NCBI GenBank assembly: GCA_951406725.2
Contig: OX597828.1
Location: 15,500,001 to 15,564,000 of the forward strand
Direction of reading: 5' to 3'
DNA: 64,000 nucleotides
Source: Octopus vulgaris
Taxonomy: Eukaryota
The notes under the pieces are model-generated. The model searched no databases. It was not told where the DNA came from and saw nothing but the letters and a program-made list of their open reading frames with translations. Both the position numbers and the translations under genes were made by a program. Shown here piece by piece: positions 38,622 to 53,847 of the stretch; the stretch's first letter is position 1, and each line of letters starts with the position of its first letter.

Positions 38622-38830
38622 TACTCTTTTACTCTTTTACTTGTTTCAGTCATTTGATTGTGGCCATGCTGGAGCACCGCCTTTATTCGAGCAAATCGAC
38701 TCCAGGACTTATTCTGTGTAAGCCTAGTACTTATTCCATCGGTCTCTTTTGTCGAACCGCTAAGTTAGGGGGACGTTAAAACACCAGCATCGGTTGTCAA
38801 GCGATGTTGGACGGACAAACACAGACACAC
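38622..38830 (-). mobile_element. SINE group B, 3' half
   Basis: As other copies. Confidence 0.85.
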
Positions 38831-38891
38831 ACCTAGCCATCTTAAGAAACAAAAAGAGAGAAAAGAGAGAAAAAAAAAAGAGAGGAATTAT

Positions 38892-39315
38892 AGGCGTAGG
38901 AGTGGCTGTATGGTAAGTAGCTTGCTAACGAACCACATGGTTCCGGGTTCAGTCCCACTGTGTGGCATCTTGGGCAAGTGTCTTCAGCTATAGCCTCGGG
39001 CCGACCAAAGTCTTGTGAGTGGATTTGGTAGACGAAAACTGAAAGAAGCCCGTCGTATATATACTTCGAAACGCGGAGTAGATGAAACAGGGACAACTGA
39101 AGAAAGGGAATATTCTTTATGTTGCATGTCTCGTTTCTCTGCTTTTTCGTTGTTTGAAAAAAAGTTCGTTTCTATATTTTTGTTTTCATGTTTTCGTTTC
39201 TCATTGTGTTCAACGTTTTTTGATGTCCTGTACCCATATATGCATGTATATATACATATATATGTAGGTGTGTACATATACGTATGTGTATATGCATATG
39301 TTTATATATTATTTA

Positions 39316-39401
<86 letters not shown>

Positions 39402-39610
39402 TGCGTCTGTGTTTGTCCCCCCCCAACATCGCTTGAAACCGATGCTAGTGTGTTTACGTCCCCCTAACTTAGCGGTTCGGCATAAGAGACCGATAGAATA
39501 AGTACTAGGCTTACAAAGAATAAGTCCTGGGGTCGATTTGCTCGACTAAAGGCAGTACTCCAGCATGGCCACAGTCAAATGACTGAAACAAGTAAAAGAG
39601 TAAAGAGTAA
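38892..39610 (+). mobile_element. SINE group B with a repeat (39065-39300) inserted in its internal (TA)n
   Basis: 5' half to 39060, 3' half from about 39360; insert is homologous to 60490-60970. Confidence 0.85.
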
Positions 39611-39736
39611 TTAAAAAAATTTGACCCTTCATCCGTGAAATAAGCAAAGAAAAACAAAAACAAAAACAAAAAAATTGAACAAAAACAAAACAAAAACGCG
39701 ATAATTACAGATTCAATCCTTTTTTTTTTTTTTACA

Positions 39737-39955
39737 TATTTCTTTACTACCCACAAGGGGCTAAACACAGATGGGACAAACAAGGACAGATACACGGATT
39801 AAGTCGATTATATCGATACTAGTGCGTAACTGGTACTTAATTTATCGACCCCGAAAGGATGAAAGGCAAAGTCGACCTCGGCGGAATTTGAACTCAAGAC
39901 GAAATACCGCTAAGCATTTCGCTCGACGTGCTAACGTTTCTGCCAGCTCGCAGCC
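39737..39955 (-). mobile_element. SINE group C, single unit
   Basis: As other copies. Confidence 0.88.
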
Positions 39956-40092
39956 TTATCCTTTTTTTTACCATTGGTTCATTTGATCATAGCTATGGCT
40001 TAAACCTAAATAACAACTGGTACTAATATTACTACTACTACAACAACGCCAACAAGATAAGCCAAAAGATTTGAGAGAGCAAGAGAGGGGGA

Positions 40093-40130
<38 letters not shown>

Positions 40131-40620
40131 GTGGTGGGAAACAATCCAAATCGAATAAACGACACGACAGAGTTATGCCCGTAAACGCCGATTTTATCAA
40201 AAACCTTTTTATTCTGCGTAAGTCGTGCATTGAGCCCTTTGTATTTGACAGTGGTTTCTTCTGTTGCAAGCAACAGGTTTTTTTCATCGTTTTTATAGCT
40301 ATAGGCGCAGCCGTGGCTATGTGATAAGATGCTTGCTTCCCAACCACATGGTCACGAGTCCAGTGGGAAGGTGTCTTCTTACTTTCTTACTATAGCCTCG
40401 GACCGACTAAAGTCTTGTGAGTGGATTCAGTACACGAAAACTGAATTTTATATAATACAAAATGGGACAAGAATGCAAAACATCCGGACAGCTAGGTGAT
40501 ACAAAAAGGGACAACAAAACATCCAGTTAGACGATACAAAGAAAACAAGGACGGGTCATTCGAAGTTTTCTTTCTTTTGTCAAGCATCAGATAATCCTCG
40601 CAATTTCGGCTGATTATTCT

Positions 40621-40691
<71 letters not shown>

Positions 40692-40771
40692 GGAGAATTC
40701 TCAAAAAAACAAAAGACAAAGACAGGTGGTGTAGACAGATATATTAGTATAACGCTCGGGAAGTGAAAAAG

Positions 40772-40806
40772 TCTTTAACATTTCGAGCCTACGCTCTTCC
40801 ACAGAA
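40772..40806 (-). ncRNA. Hammerhead-like motif, A6U variant (same family as 19659-19696)
   Basis: TT CTGTGGA A GAGC-GTAG-GCTC GAAA TGTT AAAGA. Confidence 0.5.
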
Positions 40807-41264
40807 TATATAAAGAACATGAGGGGTTTAGTTCACTGGTGATCTAAACGAATAGGTACGCTGAGTAACCGCTATAGTTGGTCGTCCGTTAGTTTACAAG
40901 TTCATAGCTGAAGCTGGATTTAGGGATCCGTATTACTTTCCGATATAGCAGGTGTATATTGTATTATATATGTGCCGACGGAATTTGAACTCTGAATGCA
41001 GAGACGGATGAAATGTATCATGCCCAGCGTGCTAATGATTCTGCCATTTCGCCGCCTTAACGGTCCAACTAATATTATTTGGAAAAAGCACTGGGGAATT
41101 ACCGTGGGGTATTTCGGATAAAATTAATAATTTGTGGGGAGGGGTTAACCTTAAGTGAGTGAAAACTAATAGACTTTCCAGACACGACCACTTCATCTTT
41201 TATCAAGAAGCAGTGTATCTAGGACTACATTATCCAATGTGCCTTTCTTAGCTTTGAAGATATA

Positions 41265-41732
41265 CAGGGTGGCCTAAAAGAAGGTTTACAGTTATTCAAC
41301 TATCTCTTTCGCATTCATATATTAACAGTTTAGATCTTAATTATGAAAAAAATATGAAACCATTATTTTATGCTAATTTAGTTAATTTTGTCAAGCTCCC
41401 TTTTCAGTTTGTAAGGTGAAGGCGGCGAGCTGGCAGAAACGTTAGCACGCCGGTCGAAATGCTTAGCTGTATATCGTCTGCCGCTACGTTCTGAGTTCAA
41501 ATTCCGCCAAGGTCGACATTGCGTTTTATCCTTTCGGGTCGATAAATTAAGTACCAGTTACGCACTGGGGTCGATATAATCGACTTAATCCGTTTGTCTG
41601 TCCTTGTTTGTCCCCTTTGAGTAGACCCTTGTGGGTAGTAAAGAAATAAGAAATTTAAATGTAATAAAATCTTTTTAAAAGAAATTTAAGGTGCCTACGC
41701 GATAACTATAAACTTACTTTTGGGCCATCCTG
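41265..41732. mobile_element. Tc1/mariner-type MITE containing a group C SINE (41420-41650, +)
   Basis: TA-CAGGGTGGCCTAAAAG...CTTTTGGGCCATCCTG-TA. Confidence 0.75.
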
Positions 41733-42231
41733 TATGATGTAATCAGAAAAAGAGTTGATTGCTATTTCTAATTTGTTATCGCAGTTGTTTAGCCCCAGGC
41801 CAAAATTGATCGAGTGGACCTGTGATCAAAGATTTCCTATCATGATATCCTTTACTCCGATGAAGTGTATCTAAGACTACATGATCTAATGTGTCCTTAT
41901 AGTTAAATATGAGTTCGGTGTGCTCTGAGGGAGATCTAGAAGCTATTTCTAGTTGTGGTTGTTCAATCCCAATTTAGTACTGATCGATTACATAGACATA
42001 CATCAAAGATGTTCCAGCCATAACCATCCCAACAGTCCTAAATGCAGCAATCTGAATTGATACAGTAATTCTAAGACTGATTCTAAGACTGCATTATCCT
42101 ATTTTGGAATGACAACTCTGATGTGGTCTAAGAAAAATTTTGGTGTTGACTGCTATTTCTTGGAGATTGAGCAACTACTTCAGGGTTTTCATTTGATATG
42201 GTTGTTAGTGTGACTATATTGTATGTTGAAA

Positions 42232-42463
42232 AGGCGGCGAGCTGGCAGAAACGTTAGCACGCCGGGTGAAATGCGTAGCCGTATTTCGTCTGTCGTTACG
42301 TTCCGAGTTCAAATTCCGCCGAGGTCGACTTTGCCTTTCATCCTTTCGGGGTCGATAAATTAAATACCAGTTACGCACTGGGGTCGATGTAATCGACTTA
42401 ATCTCTTTGTCTGTCTTTGTTTGTCCCCTCTGTGTTTAGCCCCTTGTGGGTAGTAAAGAAATA
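42232..42463 (+). mobile_element. SINE group C, single unit
   Basis: Full head and tail; near-TSD TATATTG(TA)TGTTGAAA. Confidence 0.9.
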
Positions 42464-42611
42464 TATATTGTGTTGAAAGCTATGTAATAAATATATACAC
42501 TACAACCGCCATCTCCGCCAGGTAAGATTTAGAAGGTCAATCCTTTTATATTTATCACTTCATAGCTGTGAGATTAAGTTCAAGTTCACACCTGTCTATG
42601 GTGTGGAAGTG

Positions 42612-42884
42612 TCTACTTATTTGTTTGCACGTGCGACAGCATTCGCTTAGGGTGGGGGTTGAGCCGGCTCCGACCAACGAGTTCACCACGTCCTTCACGA
42701 AGGCTGACCACATCCGACAGTTGGCTGCAGTCGAGACTGTAATGAATACTCACTCCCGATTCCACTGCCGAAGACCATAAATGTAGAAGCCCGATTGCGC
42801 TTCCACGTCTGCCTTTACCGTCGCCAGCCTCGTCTTCAGTTGTCTTCCAACTCGCTTGCGCCAGTCTAGGAGGAGATCCGCCTG
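42612..42884 (-). mobile_element. RTE-clade LINE 3' end
   Basis: Minus frame DWRKRVGRQLKTRLATVKADVEAQSGFYIYGLRQWNRE*...WSAFVKDVVN resembles RTE C-termini (W.R..G.Q.KTW...YG.R.W..W...W....D); tail CAAATAAGTA. Confidence 0.6.
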
Positions 42885-42970
42885 CTTTTATTTATATATG
42901 AATATATGTAAGCATAAATCTTGCATCTAAGTAGAGAATCTAATTTAATTTATGTTTTTTTTTTTTTCAG

Positions 42971-43037
42971 CAGACGATATGACTTCCTGGCGAAGAAGAT
43001 GACTGAACTATCCTGATCTCTTTCCTCTACGTTTGTG
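42971..43037 (+). other. Candidate spliced non-coding/UTR exon
   Basis: CTAAT branch-like site, T13 tract, CAG(CAG) acceptor, GTGAGT donor at 43038; stops in all three frames. Confidence 0.45.
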
Positions 43038-43561
43038 GTGAGTGAACCATGAATAAACACAGGAAACCTATTTCTGGTTTTTCAAAATAGAGCTTATTTT
43101 ACTTTTTCAAAGTGTAGATTGGAGACCAAAGTAAGTCACGGTCGTGATAAGTCATGTTGGATGCATAATTAGCACAGATTATTTGTGGCAACAGACTAAC
43201 AGAAAGGGATGTTCGAAATTTGGATAACTAATAGTTTGGAAGAAAACGATAAGAACAAAAGAACAGTGTGATGATTGTTATTTTTGTTTAGTTAACACCA
43301 ATGGCATCAATCAAAATAACCATAGCAAGTAGATATCTCCTGGCTTAAGAATCAACATGAAAACCTCTTCCACAATCTTATAAATTACCCTTTTAATCTT
43401 TCTTTCACCCGTCGTAGCTCCCTGTAGTGCCACGCAGTTCACCACGGTCCTTGTAGTTACTCGCAGTTTCTTAGAGATGGTAATAAATCAGACACGCCAG
43501 ATGTTGTAGAAGGTAACAGAAGTGTAGAAAGTGACGGCGCTTTTGAAGAAACTTCATCAAT

Positions 43562-43610
43562 TATTCAACGTTTTAACTAACATAAACCGATCAGAAGTTC
43601 ATCAGGGATA
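43562..43610 (-). ncRNA. Degenerate hammerhead-like motif
   Basis: TATCC CTGATGA ACT...AGT T AAAAC GTT GAATA. Confidence 0.45.
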
Positions 43611-43633
43611 TTCATTTCTTAAAGTAAATTTCA

Positions 43634-43945
43634 GTGGAGGCGCAATGGCCCAGTGGTAAGAGCAGCGGACTCGCGGTCGGAGGATCGCGGTTTCGATTCC
43701 CAGACCGGGCGTTGTGTGTGTTTATTGAGCGAAAACACCTAAAGCTCCACGAGTCTCCTGCAGGGGGTGGTGGCGACCCCTGTTGTACTCTTTCGCCTCA
43801 ACTTTCTCCCACTCTCCATTCCTGTTTCTTGAGTAACGTTGCGATGGACTGGCATCCCGTCCAGCTGGTGGGGGGGGGGGAGGGCACATACGCCACAGAA
43901 ACCGGGAAACCAGGCCCATGAACCTGGCTAGGCTTGAAAAGGGGG
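43634..43945 (+). mobile_element. SINE group A with alpha tail
   Basis: As 14873-15185. Confidence 0.9.
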
Positions 43946-44729
43946 TAAAAAAAAAAGGGATTTTCCTGAATTGCTGGTCTCTAGGTTGAATGGAAGGAAT
44001 TTGCTTCATTCTGGAACCAAGATTACATCTTGTAGCAGACAGAATTATTTGCCGCTCCTTTTCTTTAAGGATAGCAATCAGATACATGTCTTGCTGTAAC
44101 CGCTTTGCATGTTGCTTCATTGTATGCGAAAAGATCTCTCAGGTACGGAATTTCGCTTTCGTTGAGCTATAACAAGCGTCTGATATTCAACTATAAAATT
44201 AATGTCATATTTTGAACTGATATTAATGGTAGCTACCTTGAGTCAATTATTTGTGGTGGCCTTGTGCGCGGGTGTCCATGGCTTTGGTTCAGTTTCGTTT
44301 GTGACCCTGTCATCTACTGCACTTTGCTTCTAATATAGATACAAGGTTTCTGAGTTCAAATTCCACAGAGGTCGACTTTGCCTTTCATCCTTTTCGGATC
44401 GATAAAGTAAGTACGAGCTGAGCAATGGGGGTCGATGTAAACGACTCACCTCCTCAGTCCAACTTTCTGGTCTTGTGACTAAATTTGAAGCCAACCCAGG
44501 GACAAAGCTATAGCGATTTAGATGTTAGGCGGCTGGTCGAGACTATTGACTCCAGTGCTTTGGTACCTGATTTTGTCGACTTCGTGGAGTGGTGGTGGTG
44601 GTGGTGGGGTGTTGAAAAAAACCAAGCTAACCTCGATGAAATTTGAACTCAGAACATAAAGAGCTGAAATAAAAAAAACTTCAAGGAACTTAGTCCGATG
44701 CTTTAACAGTTCTGCCAGTCCTCCAAGTA

Positions 44730-44776
<47 letters not shown>

Positions 44777-44934
44777 GTGTGTAAGCATACATATATACAT
44801 ACATTCATATATACAAAAACACATACACGCACACATGTACATACGTATGTATATATATTTATAAACACACACACACACGCACACACGCACATATATAGAT
44901 ATGTATATGTACGTAGGCGTATATATATAAATAC

Positions 44935-44993
44935 ATATACACACATGTATATGCGACTATATTCATACATACATATACGTATGCATGTGTGTA

Positions 44994-45040
<47 letters not shown>

Positions 45041-45084
45041 GTATATGCGTATATATTCATACATACATATACGTATGCATGTGT

Positions 45085-45115
<31 letters not shown>

Positions 45116-45229
45116 CACACATGTATATGCGAATATATTCATACATACATATACGTATGCATGTGTTTGTGTGTATATATAGACACACATGTATATGCGA
45201 ATATATTCATGCATACATATACGTATGCA

Positions 45230-45240
<11 letters not shown>
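44935..45240. repeat. TA/CA-derived minisatellite (ACACATGTATATGCG...ATACGTATGCATGTGT x4)
   Basis: Direct read. Confidence 0.8.
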
Positions 45241-45270
<30 letters not shown>

Positions 45271-45301
45271 ATACACACTCACACACGCATATATATATAT
45301 G

Positions 45302-45348
<47 letters not shown>

Positions 45349-45649
45349 AAAGCATGTACATGCAAATATATATATACACATGTATATACGTATATTTTCA
45401 TACATACTTATATGTGTGTGTATCACACACGCACACATACTCACACACACACACATATGTCGACATACGTATATATGTGTGTATGCATACGCAAAGACAA
45501 ACATACGTGTACATGTATCGCTTATTATAATAAGCACTTCAAATGCTGTTATGAATTCATTCTATAGCAACCAAAAATGAAAATAAATAATAAATAAATA
45601 CATAAAAAGAAACTCCATAAACAAACAAATAAGTAATGAATAAAACATA

Positions 45650-45709
<60 letters not shown>

Positions 45710-46416
45710 AATAATAAAATAAATACATACGATACAATACAACACAATACGAAAACGAAGAAGACAGCGCGCTCAGGTTCAACCTTTTACGTGCGTCATA
45801 CCGCTTAGCACGGTTAGAGCCGTTATTCAGAGAAGATTTTTATGAATAGGCCGTTTATTATATGCTTTCCGACTAGGCTGATAGCTTCACATTCCAGTGA
45901 GACCGGTACAAAATCAATATTTCACGCAGACCAGCACGTCTTTGATTCATTCACAGAAATCGTATAGGTAAATAGATTTATATTTTGATATTTTTGTGCA
46001 TGCGAGAAACTAGTGGAACACGATCGGCGGATTTATCACACAGTTAGTTATTATGTAAAAAGAAGGAAAGAAAGAAAGAAAGAAAGAAAGAAAGAACGAA
46101 AGGAATAAAGGAAGAATGGAAGGAAACAAGGAGAGATGAAATAATGAATGAGTTTAAATAAGTAAATAAGTAAATAAATAAATATAATAAAGAGATGATA
46201 CCGGAAAGAAATCACTGTCATGAGATATAAGATTTATTACACGAAGTTTGTAGTTGTTAATCAACTGTAATCACTAGAAGGATTTCCAAGAGACTCGGAG
46301 GAGAGGGTCGGAGCGTTGGGGATTGAGTCGGTAGAGAATCGATTCAGAGTTCATGCATCGCACGTATGTACGCACGTACGCGCACGCACACACAGACACA
46401 GACACGCATTCGCACG

Positions 46417-46454
<38 letters not shown>

Positions 46455-46555
46455 GACAGACACACAAACACAGACACAAACGCACAAACGCACATGCATT
46501 CACGTAAATACTTAGTGTCGTTCTTATATCCACATGTACAAGTATAGGTGCACGT

Positions 46556-47930
<1,375 letters not shown>

Positions 47931-48073
47931 ACAATTTAACATTTAACAGAAAAATCATTCAATGATTTTTAGTAAAGTTTATTTTGAAACTTTTACAAGA
48001 AGAGGGTGCTCATAGTGACTTCGAAGGCTTGCAGTCCGAAATTTCGAAGTCACTATTATCCCACTCCTTATTC

Positions 48074-48106
<33 letters not shown>

Positions 48107-48163
48107 ATGCGCGTGTGTAACCAAAGTAAAGACAAGGCAGATATAGTTTATAACCTGTACCAT

Positions 48164-48203
48164 TAACAACAGTTTCAGTGGCGAGCGATAACCACATCAT
48201 CAG
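48164..48203 (-). ncRNA. Hammerhead-like core with weak stem I
   Basis: CTGATGA T GTGG-TTATCGCTCG-CCAC T GAAAC TGTT GTT. Confidence 0.4.
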
Positions 48204-48557
48204 AGAAAGAACATTATTAGATAAATCTTCATGTTAGTCACCGATGGTATTTATACGTAACAGGAACAAAGAAAAAATAAAAAAAAAACGGAAAAAGAAA
48301 AGATAAATCTGCTGACACAAAGTGTTTATCACCGTATCAGAAAAACAGGAATTATCGGCTGCAGAATTGTATGCTCATTGACAAGTGAGATATTAACTGA
48401 AATTAGGTGCCGTCAGCAATCGGACTCTTGCGACAGTCTAAAGCCATGTAAGGATAAAGTGCTACGGTAGTAATAAATCTAATTGACAGAGATATACTGG
48501 TGATACAAACAACGTATGTAACAAACTTTCGGGATTAAAGTACAGACTTTCCATTAG

Positions 48558-48966
48558 ACCTATTTCTTTACTACCCACAGGGGGCTAAACACAGAGAGGA
48601 CAAACAAACGGATTAAATCGATTATATCGACCCCAGTGCGTAACTAGTACTTATTTAATCGACCCCGAAAGGATGAAAGGATGAAAGTCGACCTCGGCGG
48701 AATTTGAACTCAGAACGTCGTGGCAGACGAAATACCTATTTCTTTATTAGCCACAAGGGGCTAAACACAGAGGGGACAAACAAGGACAGACGTAGGCATT
48801 AAGTCGATTACATCGACCCCAGTGCGTAACTGGTACTTAATTTATCGATCCCGAAAGGATGAAAGGCAAAGTCGACCTCGGCGGAATTTGAACTCACAAC
48901 GTAACGCAGACGAAATACCGCTAAGCATTTCGTCCGGCGTGCTAACGATTCTGCCAGCTCGCCGCC
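48558..48966 (-). mobile_element. SINE group C, head plus 2 units
   Basis: Same junction as other arrays. Confidence 0.9.
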
Positions 48967-49167
48967 ATCATAACTCGGATCCATATGACCCCAGGGATCC
49001 ATATATGAATTTTGGGATCCTTGCAAGCAAACTAGTAAGTGATGGATACACAGTAGTATATTAAGGTCCATGAAAAAATTTTGCTTTAGATGTCCTTATT
49101 TGAAAGAAACAGTTAGGTTTCTTCATAAACGTTTTACATAGTTCAGCCTACACAGGTTAATATATAC

Positions 49168-49386
49168 TCTCTCTTTACTCTTTTACTCTTTTACTTGTTT
49201 CAGTCATTTGACTGCGGCCATGCTGGAGCACCGCCTTTAGTCGAGCACATCGACTGCAGGACTTATTCTTTGTAAACCTACTACTTATTTTATCGGTCTT
49301 TTTTGCCGAACCGCTAAGTTACTGGGACGTAAGCACACCACTATCGGTTGTCAAGCGATGTTGGGGGGACAAACACAGACACACAA

Positions 49387-49462
<76 letters not shown>

Positions 49463-49610
49463 GACGGGTTCCTTTCAGTTTCCGTCTACCAAATCCACTC
49501 GCAAGGCTTTGGGCGGCCCGAAGCTATAGTAAAAGACACTTGCCCAAGGTTCCACGCAGTGGAACTGAACCCGGAACCATGTGGTTGGTAAGCAAGCTAC
49601 TTACCACACA
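49168..49610 (-). mobile_element. SINE group B inside a Charlie-like hAT remnant (about 48970-49737)
   Basis: Host ends GGTTGAGAACCACTG. Confidence 0.8.
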
Positions 49611-49738
49611 ACAAAATAGGGATTTTGAAAGAAAGCATCAATAAAACTAGTTTTTAAATATTGAATGACTATGGGGTCCACCGCAATAAAATAGCAATCA
49701 AAGGGGTCCATTGATAAGAAGTGGTTGAGAACCACTGC

Positions 49739-50125
49739 TATAGGAGCACTCCGTCGGTTGCGACAATGACGGTCCCAGATGATACGATCAACGGAACAGC
49801 TTGCTCGTGATATTAACGTGCAAGTGGCTGAGCATCCCACAGACACGGGTACCCATAACGTAGTTCTCGAGGAGATTCAGCGTGACACAGATTGTGACAA
49901 GGCTGGCCCTTTGAAATACAGGTACAAGAGAAACAGGAAGAAAGAGCGAGAGAAAGTTGTGGTGAAAGAGTACAGCAGGGTTCACCACCATCCCCTGCCG
50001 GAGCCTCTTGGAGCTTTAGGTGTTTTCGCTCAATAAACACTCACAATGCCCGGTCTGGGAATCGAAACCGCGATCCTCCGACCGCGAGTCCGCTGCCCTA
50101 ACCACTGGGCCATTGCGCCTCCACA
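49739..50125 (-). mobile_element. SINE group A with beta tail
   Basis: TSD TGAGAACCACTGC at 49726-49738 and 50126-50138. Confidence 0.9.
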
Positions 50126-50167
50126 TGAGAACCACTGCATTAGACTGTTAAATCGAGTGTTTAATGC

Positions 50168-50484
50168 CGTGGTTCTCAAACATTTTTTGTCTATGGACTC
50201 CCTTTGATTCCTATCTTACTTTACTGGACCTACAAAGACATTCAATGTCTAAAAGATCTTACATTATTTTTTATAATTAAATATTATTAGGAATTGTATA
50301 AAAAAAAATTGTCGAAATATTTGGCGTATTGTAGAAGGAGGGCGAGTTTATTGCTCTCTTTACTCTTTTACTTGTTTCAGTCATTTTGACTGCGGCCATG
50401 CTGGAGCACCGCCTTTAATCGAGCAAATCGACCCCAGGACTTATTCTTTGTAAGCCTAGTACTTATTCTATCGGTCTCTTTTGC

Positions 50485-50578
<94 letters not shown>

Positions 50579-50830
50579 GTGTATATATATATATATACGA
50601 CGTGCTTCTTTCAGTTTCCGTCTACCAAATCCACTCACAAGGCTTTGGTCGGCCCGAAGCTATAGTAGAAGACACTTCCCCAAGGTGCCACGCTGTGGGA
50701 ATGAACCCGGAACCATGTGGTCCGTAAGCAAGCTATTTACCACAGCCACTCCTGCGCTTATATATTTTTAGGACAAAATCTTATGTGGACCCCAACTAAG
50801 GGCCATGTGAACCTAGATTGAGAACCACCG
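50168..50830. mobile_element. Charlie-like hAT MITE containing SINE B (50353-50757, minus)
   Basis: CCGTGGTTCTCAA...TTGAGAACCACCG. Confidence 0.6.
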
Positions 50831-50976
50831 GTTCAATGTAAACATATATTCACATACACACCAGCATACCCACAAATGTATGCTCACACGAAAACATGCA
50901 TAGATACAAACGTAAATACATAGAGTATACAAACAAACATAAAACATCTTGTGCAGAAATCTCTGCTTTTTATTAG

Positions 50977-51548
50977 AACACAGAGAGGACAAACAAGGAT
51001 AGACAAACGGATTAAGTCGATTACATCGACTCCAGTGCGTAACTGGTACGTATTTAATCGACCCAGAAAGGATGAAAGGCAAAGTCGACCTCGGCGGAAT
51101 TTGAACTCAGAACGTAGCGACAGACGAAATACTTATTTCTTTACTACCCACAAGGGGCTAAACACAGAGGGGACAAAGAAGGATAGACAAACGGATTAAG
51201 TCAATTACATCGACTCCAGTGCGTAACTGGTACTTATTCAATCGACCCCGAAAGGATGAAAGGCAAAGTCGACCTCGGCGGAATTTGAACTCAGAACATA
51301 GCTGCCTACGAAATACCTGTTTCTTTATTACCTACAAGGGGCTAAGCATAGAGGGGACAAACAAGGACAGACAAACGGATTAAATCGATTACATTGACCC
51401 CAGTGCGTAACTGGTACTTATTTAATCGACCCCGAAAGGATGAAAGGCAAAGTCAACATCGGCGCAATTTGAACTCAGAACGTAGCGACGGGCGAAATAC
51501 CGCGAAGCACTTCGCCCGGCGTGCTAACGTCTCTGCCAGTTCGCCGCC
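50977..51548 (-). mobile_element. SINE group C, head plus 3 units
   Basis: Junctions near 51133 and 51317. Confidence 0.9.
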
Positions 51549-52234
51549 TTATCTATGGACAGGAAATAGCAACTAAGTATTTGACCAACAAAAGAATTAT
51601 CGATGCCTCTAAACCCTCACGCTGTGTTAGAAAATATCGATTATATCGTACCAGTATGGAAGATATATCACTCATATCATCAGTAGCTGTCTCAGATTTG
51701 TCTTGATTTAAGCAAAATAACCTTGCTCCTTTGTTAGCGATCGGGTTCAGTTCCGCAAAAGAAAAAAAAAGCACAAAAATAAATCGCAAAGAAATCACAC
51801 TAAACCACCCCCACCATACACACTCACACACACACACTCATATACAACACACACTAGCACTCACATGCACTCACCAACACACAAACAAACACGCATATAC
51901 ACTCACACACAAGCACATATACGCATATACACACGCGCGCACGTAATTAAATTACTTTCGAAAACAACGATCCGTTAAAGTATCAGATCTATTATAAAAC
52001 TGACCCGTGAATTGCCGATGCAAATCTCGTCAATTTTCCTACTTTGTGTACAACGAACAGCGGATATAGCAGAAAATTTAACGTTTATTTGATTTGCTAT
52101 GAAAATAAAAGTGATTGTAGAAGCTTCCGCTTCATGATGTGTTAAAATGGCAGTAATCCTTTTTCATGTTCACAAACGACTGATACCAAAATAATGTATT
52201 GAGATGTATTTAAGTTATTCTTGCTATTTCATTG

Positions 52235-52648
52235 GGAGCTTTTCGGTTTGAACGGTAGTTTTTAAAAATATTTTCCACGTAACAACACTTTTAACTTCGT
52301 ATACTGGTAGAATGTGTTTATAAAACATCTTTTTCTCTTAGCTTTATCGAGAAAATTCTATAGTTTGTAAGATATTTGTTGTTTTTTTCTTCAATTTCAA
52401 CCAATCAATGACGTCTATTGAGGTGAAAACATTCTGTGCCGTATGAATATGTCCCTCGTTTAAGAAACAGATTGGGTTTATTTACATTTCTGAAGAAAAA
52501 AAGATACCCTTCCCCCCAACCCTAACCCTAACTAACCCTAACCCTAAAACAGATTGAAATGCAATAGATCGATACTAGGGTCATAATTATGGGTGACAAT
52601 TTCATATGACACCGCTAGAAAAAACTGCCGTTCAAACCGAAAAGATCC
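52235..52648. mobile_element. TTAGGG-containing MITE
   Basis: TIRs with 2 substitutions; no clear TSD. Confidence 0.88.
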
Positions 52649-53072
52649 CAATTTTCTGGTTTTAAGAAGGTTTTAAAAATCGTATGGTTTTAAAAAGATT
52701 TTAAAAATCGTATTTTAAATTATGTAATAAAATTCTTCAATAAATATATTTCCATTGTAGATAACATCTGTAAAAAGATAGTTTTGAATCGAGCAGTAAA
52801 GGTTCGCTAGTTTGTAGTTTTCATTACACTGAGTAACAGAAATAAAAATCTTTTTTTGTCTTTGATCAATAAGTGTTATTTCCTATTTGCTTCTATCTAG
52901 AAATTAAAGGAAATGACTACTATTCCTTTCAGACTTTGTTTTTGTGACCTGAACATCAATGTTTTAAAACTGACCAATTTTCTGTTACATTTCAGATAGA
53001 GTCAGCGCTGAGTTGCTGAAGCAGAAAGATCGTTATAGAAAATATTCTGCTCAATATTACAAATTTGCTTAT

Positions 53073-53309
53073 ACTCTTTTTACTCTTTTTTTTACTCTTT
53101 TTACTTGTTTCAGTCATTTGACTGCGGCCATGCTGGAGCACCGCCTTTAATCGAGCAACTCGACCCCGGGATTTATTCTTTTGTAAGTCCAGTACTTATT
53201 GTATCGGTCTCTTTTGCCGAACCGCTAAGTAACGGGGACATAAACACACCAGCATCGGTTGTCAAGCAATGCTAGGGGGACAAACACAGTTACACAAACA
53301 CACACACGC

Positions 53310-53346
<37 letters not shown>

Positions 53347-53509
53347 TATATGCGATGGGCTTCTTTCAGTTTCCGTCTACCAAATCCACTCACAAGGCTT
53401 TGGTCGGCCCGAGGCTATAGTAGAAGACACTTGCCCAAGGTGCCACGCAGTGGGACTGAACCCGGAACCATGTGGTTGGTAGACAGCTACTTACCACACA
53501 GCCACTCCT
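53073..53509 (-). mobile_element. SINE group B
   Basis: As other copies. Confidence 0.9.
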
Positions 53510-53847
53510 TGAACATGTCCCTTAGTGGCTGATAATATGTGCATCTCTGACAAATGAGCAGGAGTAGTGGGGAAGCATCATAGCCATGTGATGAGACGGA
53601 TTCTCTGGGGCTGAATAAATAAACACAAGCAAAATTTGAAGGAAATATTAACTATTTTTCATGCTTTCTAGAGGTAAGCAAGTTGGAAATAACAGTTGAT
53701 ATCCAAAGACAAAAATCTTGTGACATAGTGTTATCGATTTAAATAAGCCCGTGATTGACTCAGTTCATTTTTGTTAATCTGCAAGGCACTAAGGATAATT
53801 CAAACACTTACATAGAGGAGATACGACGGTCATATCAATAAAATATA

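Noticed and set aside
50977-51548. Regularly spaced repeats resembling a CRISPR array
   Set aside because: Whole units of about 184 bp repeat with no unique spacers; eukaryotic SINE context and no cas genes
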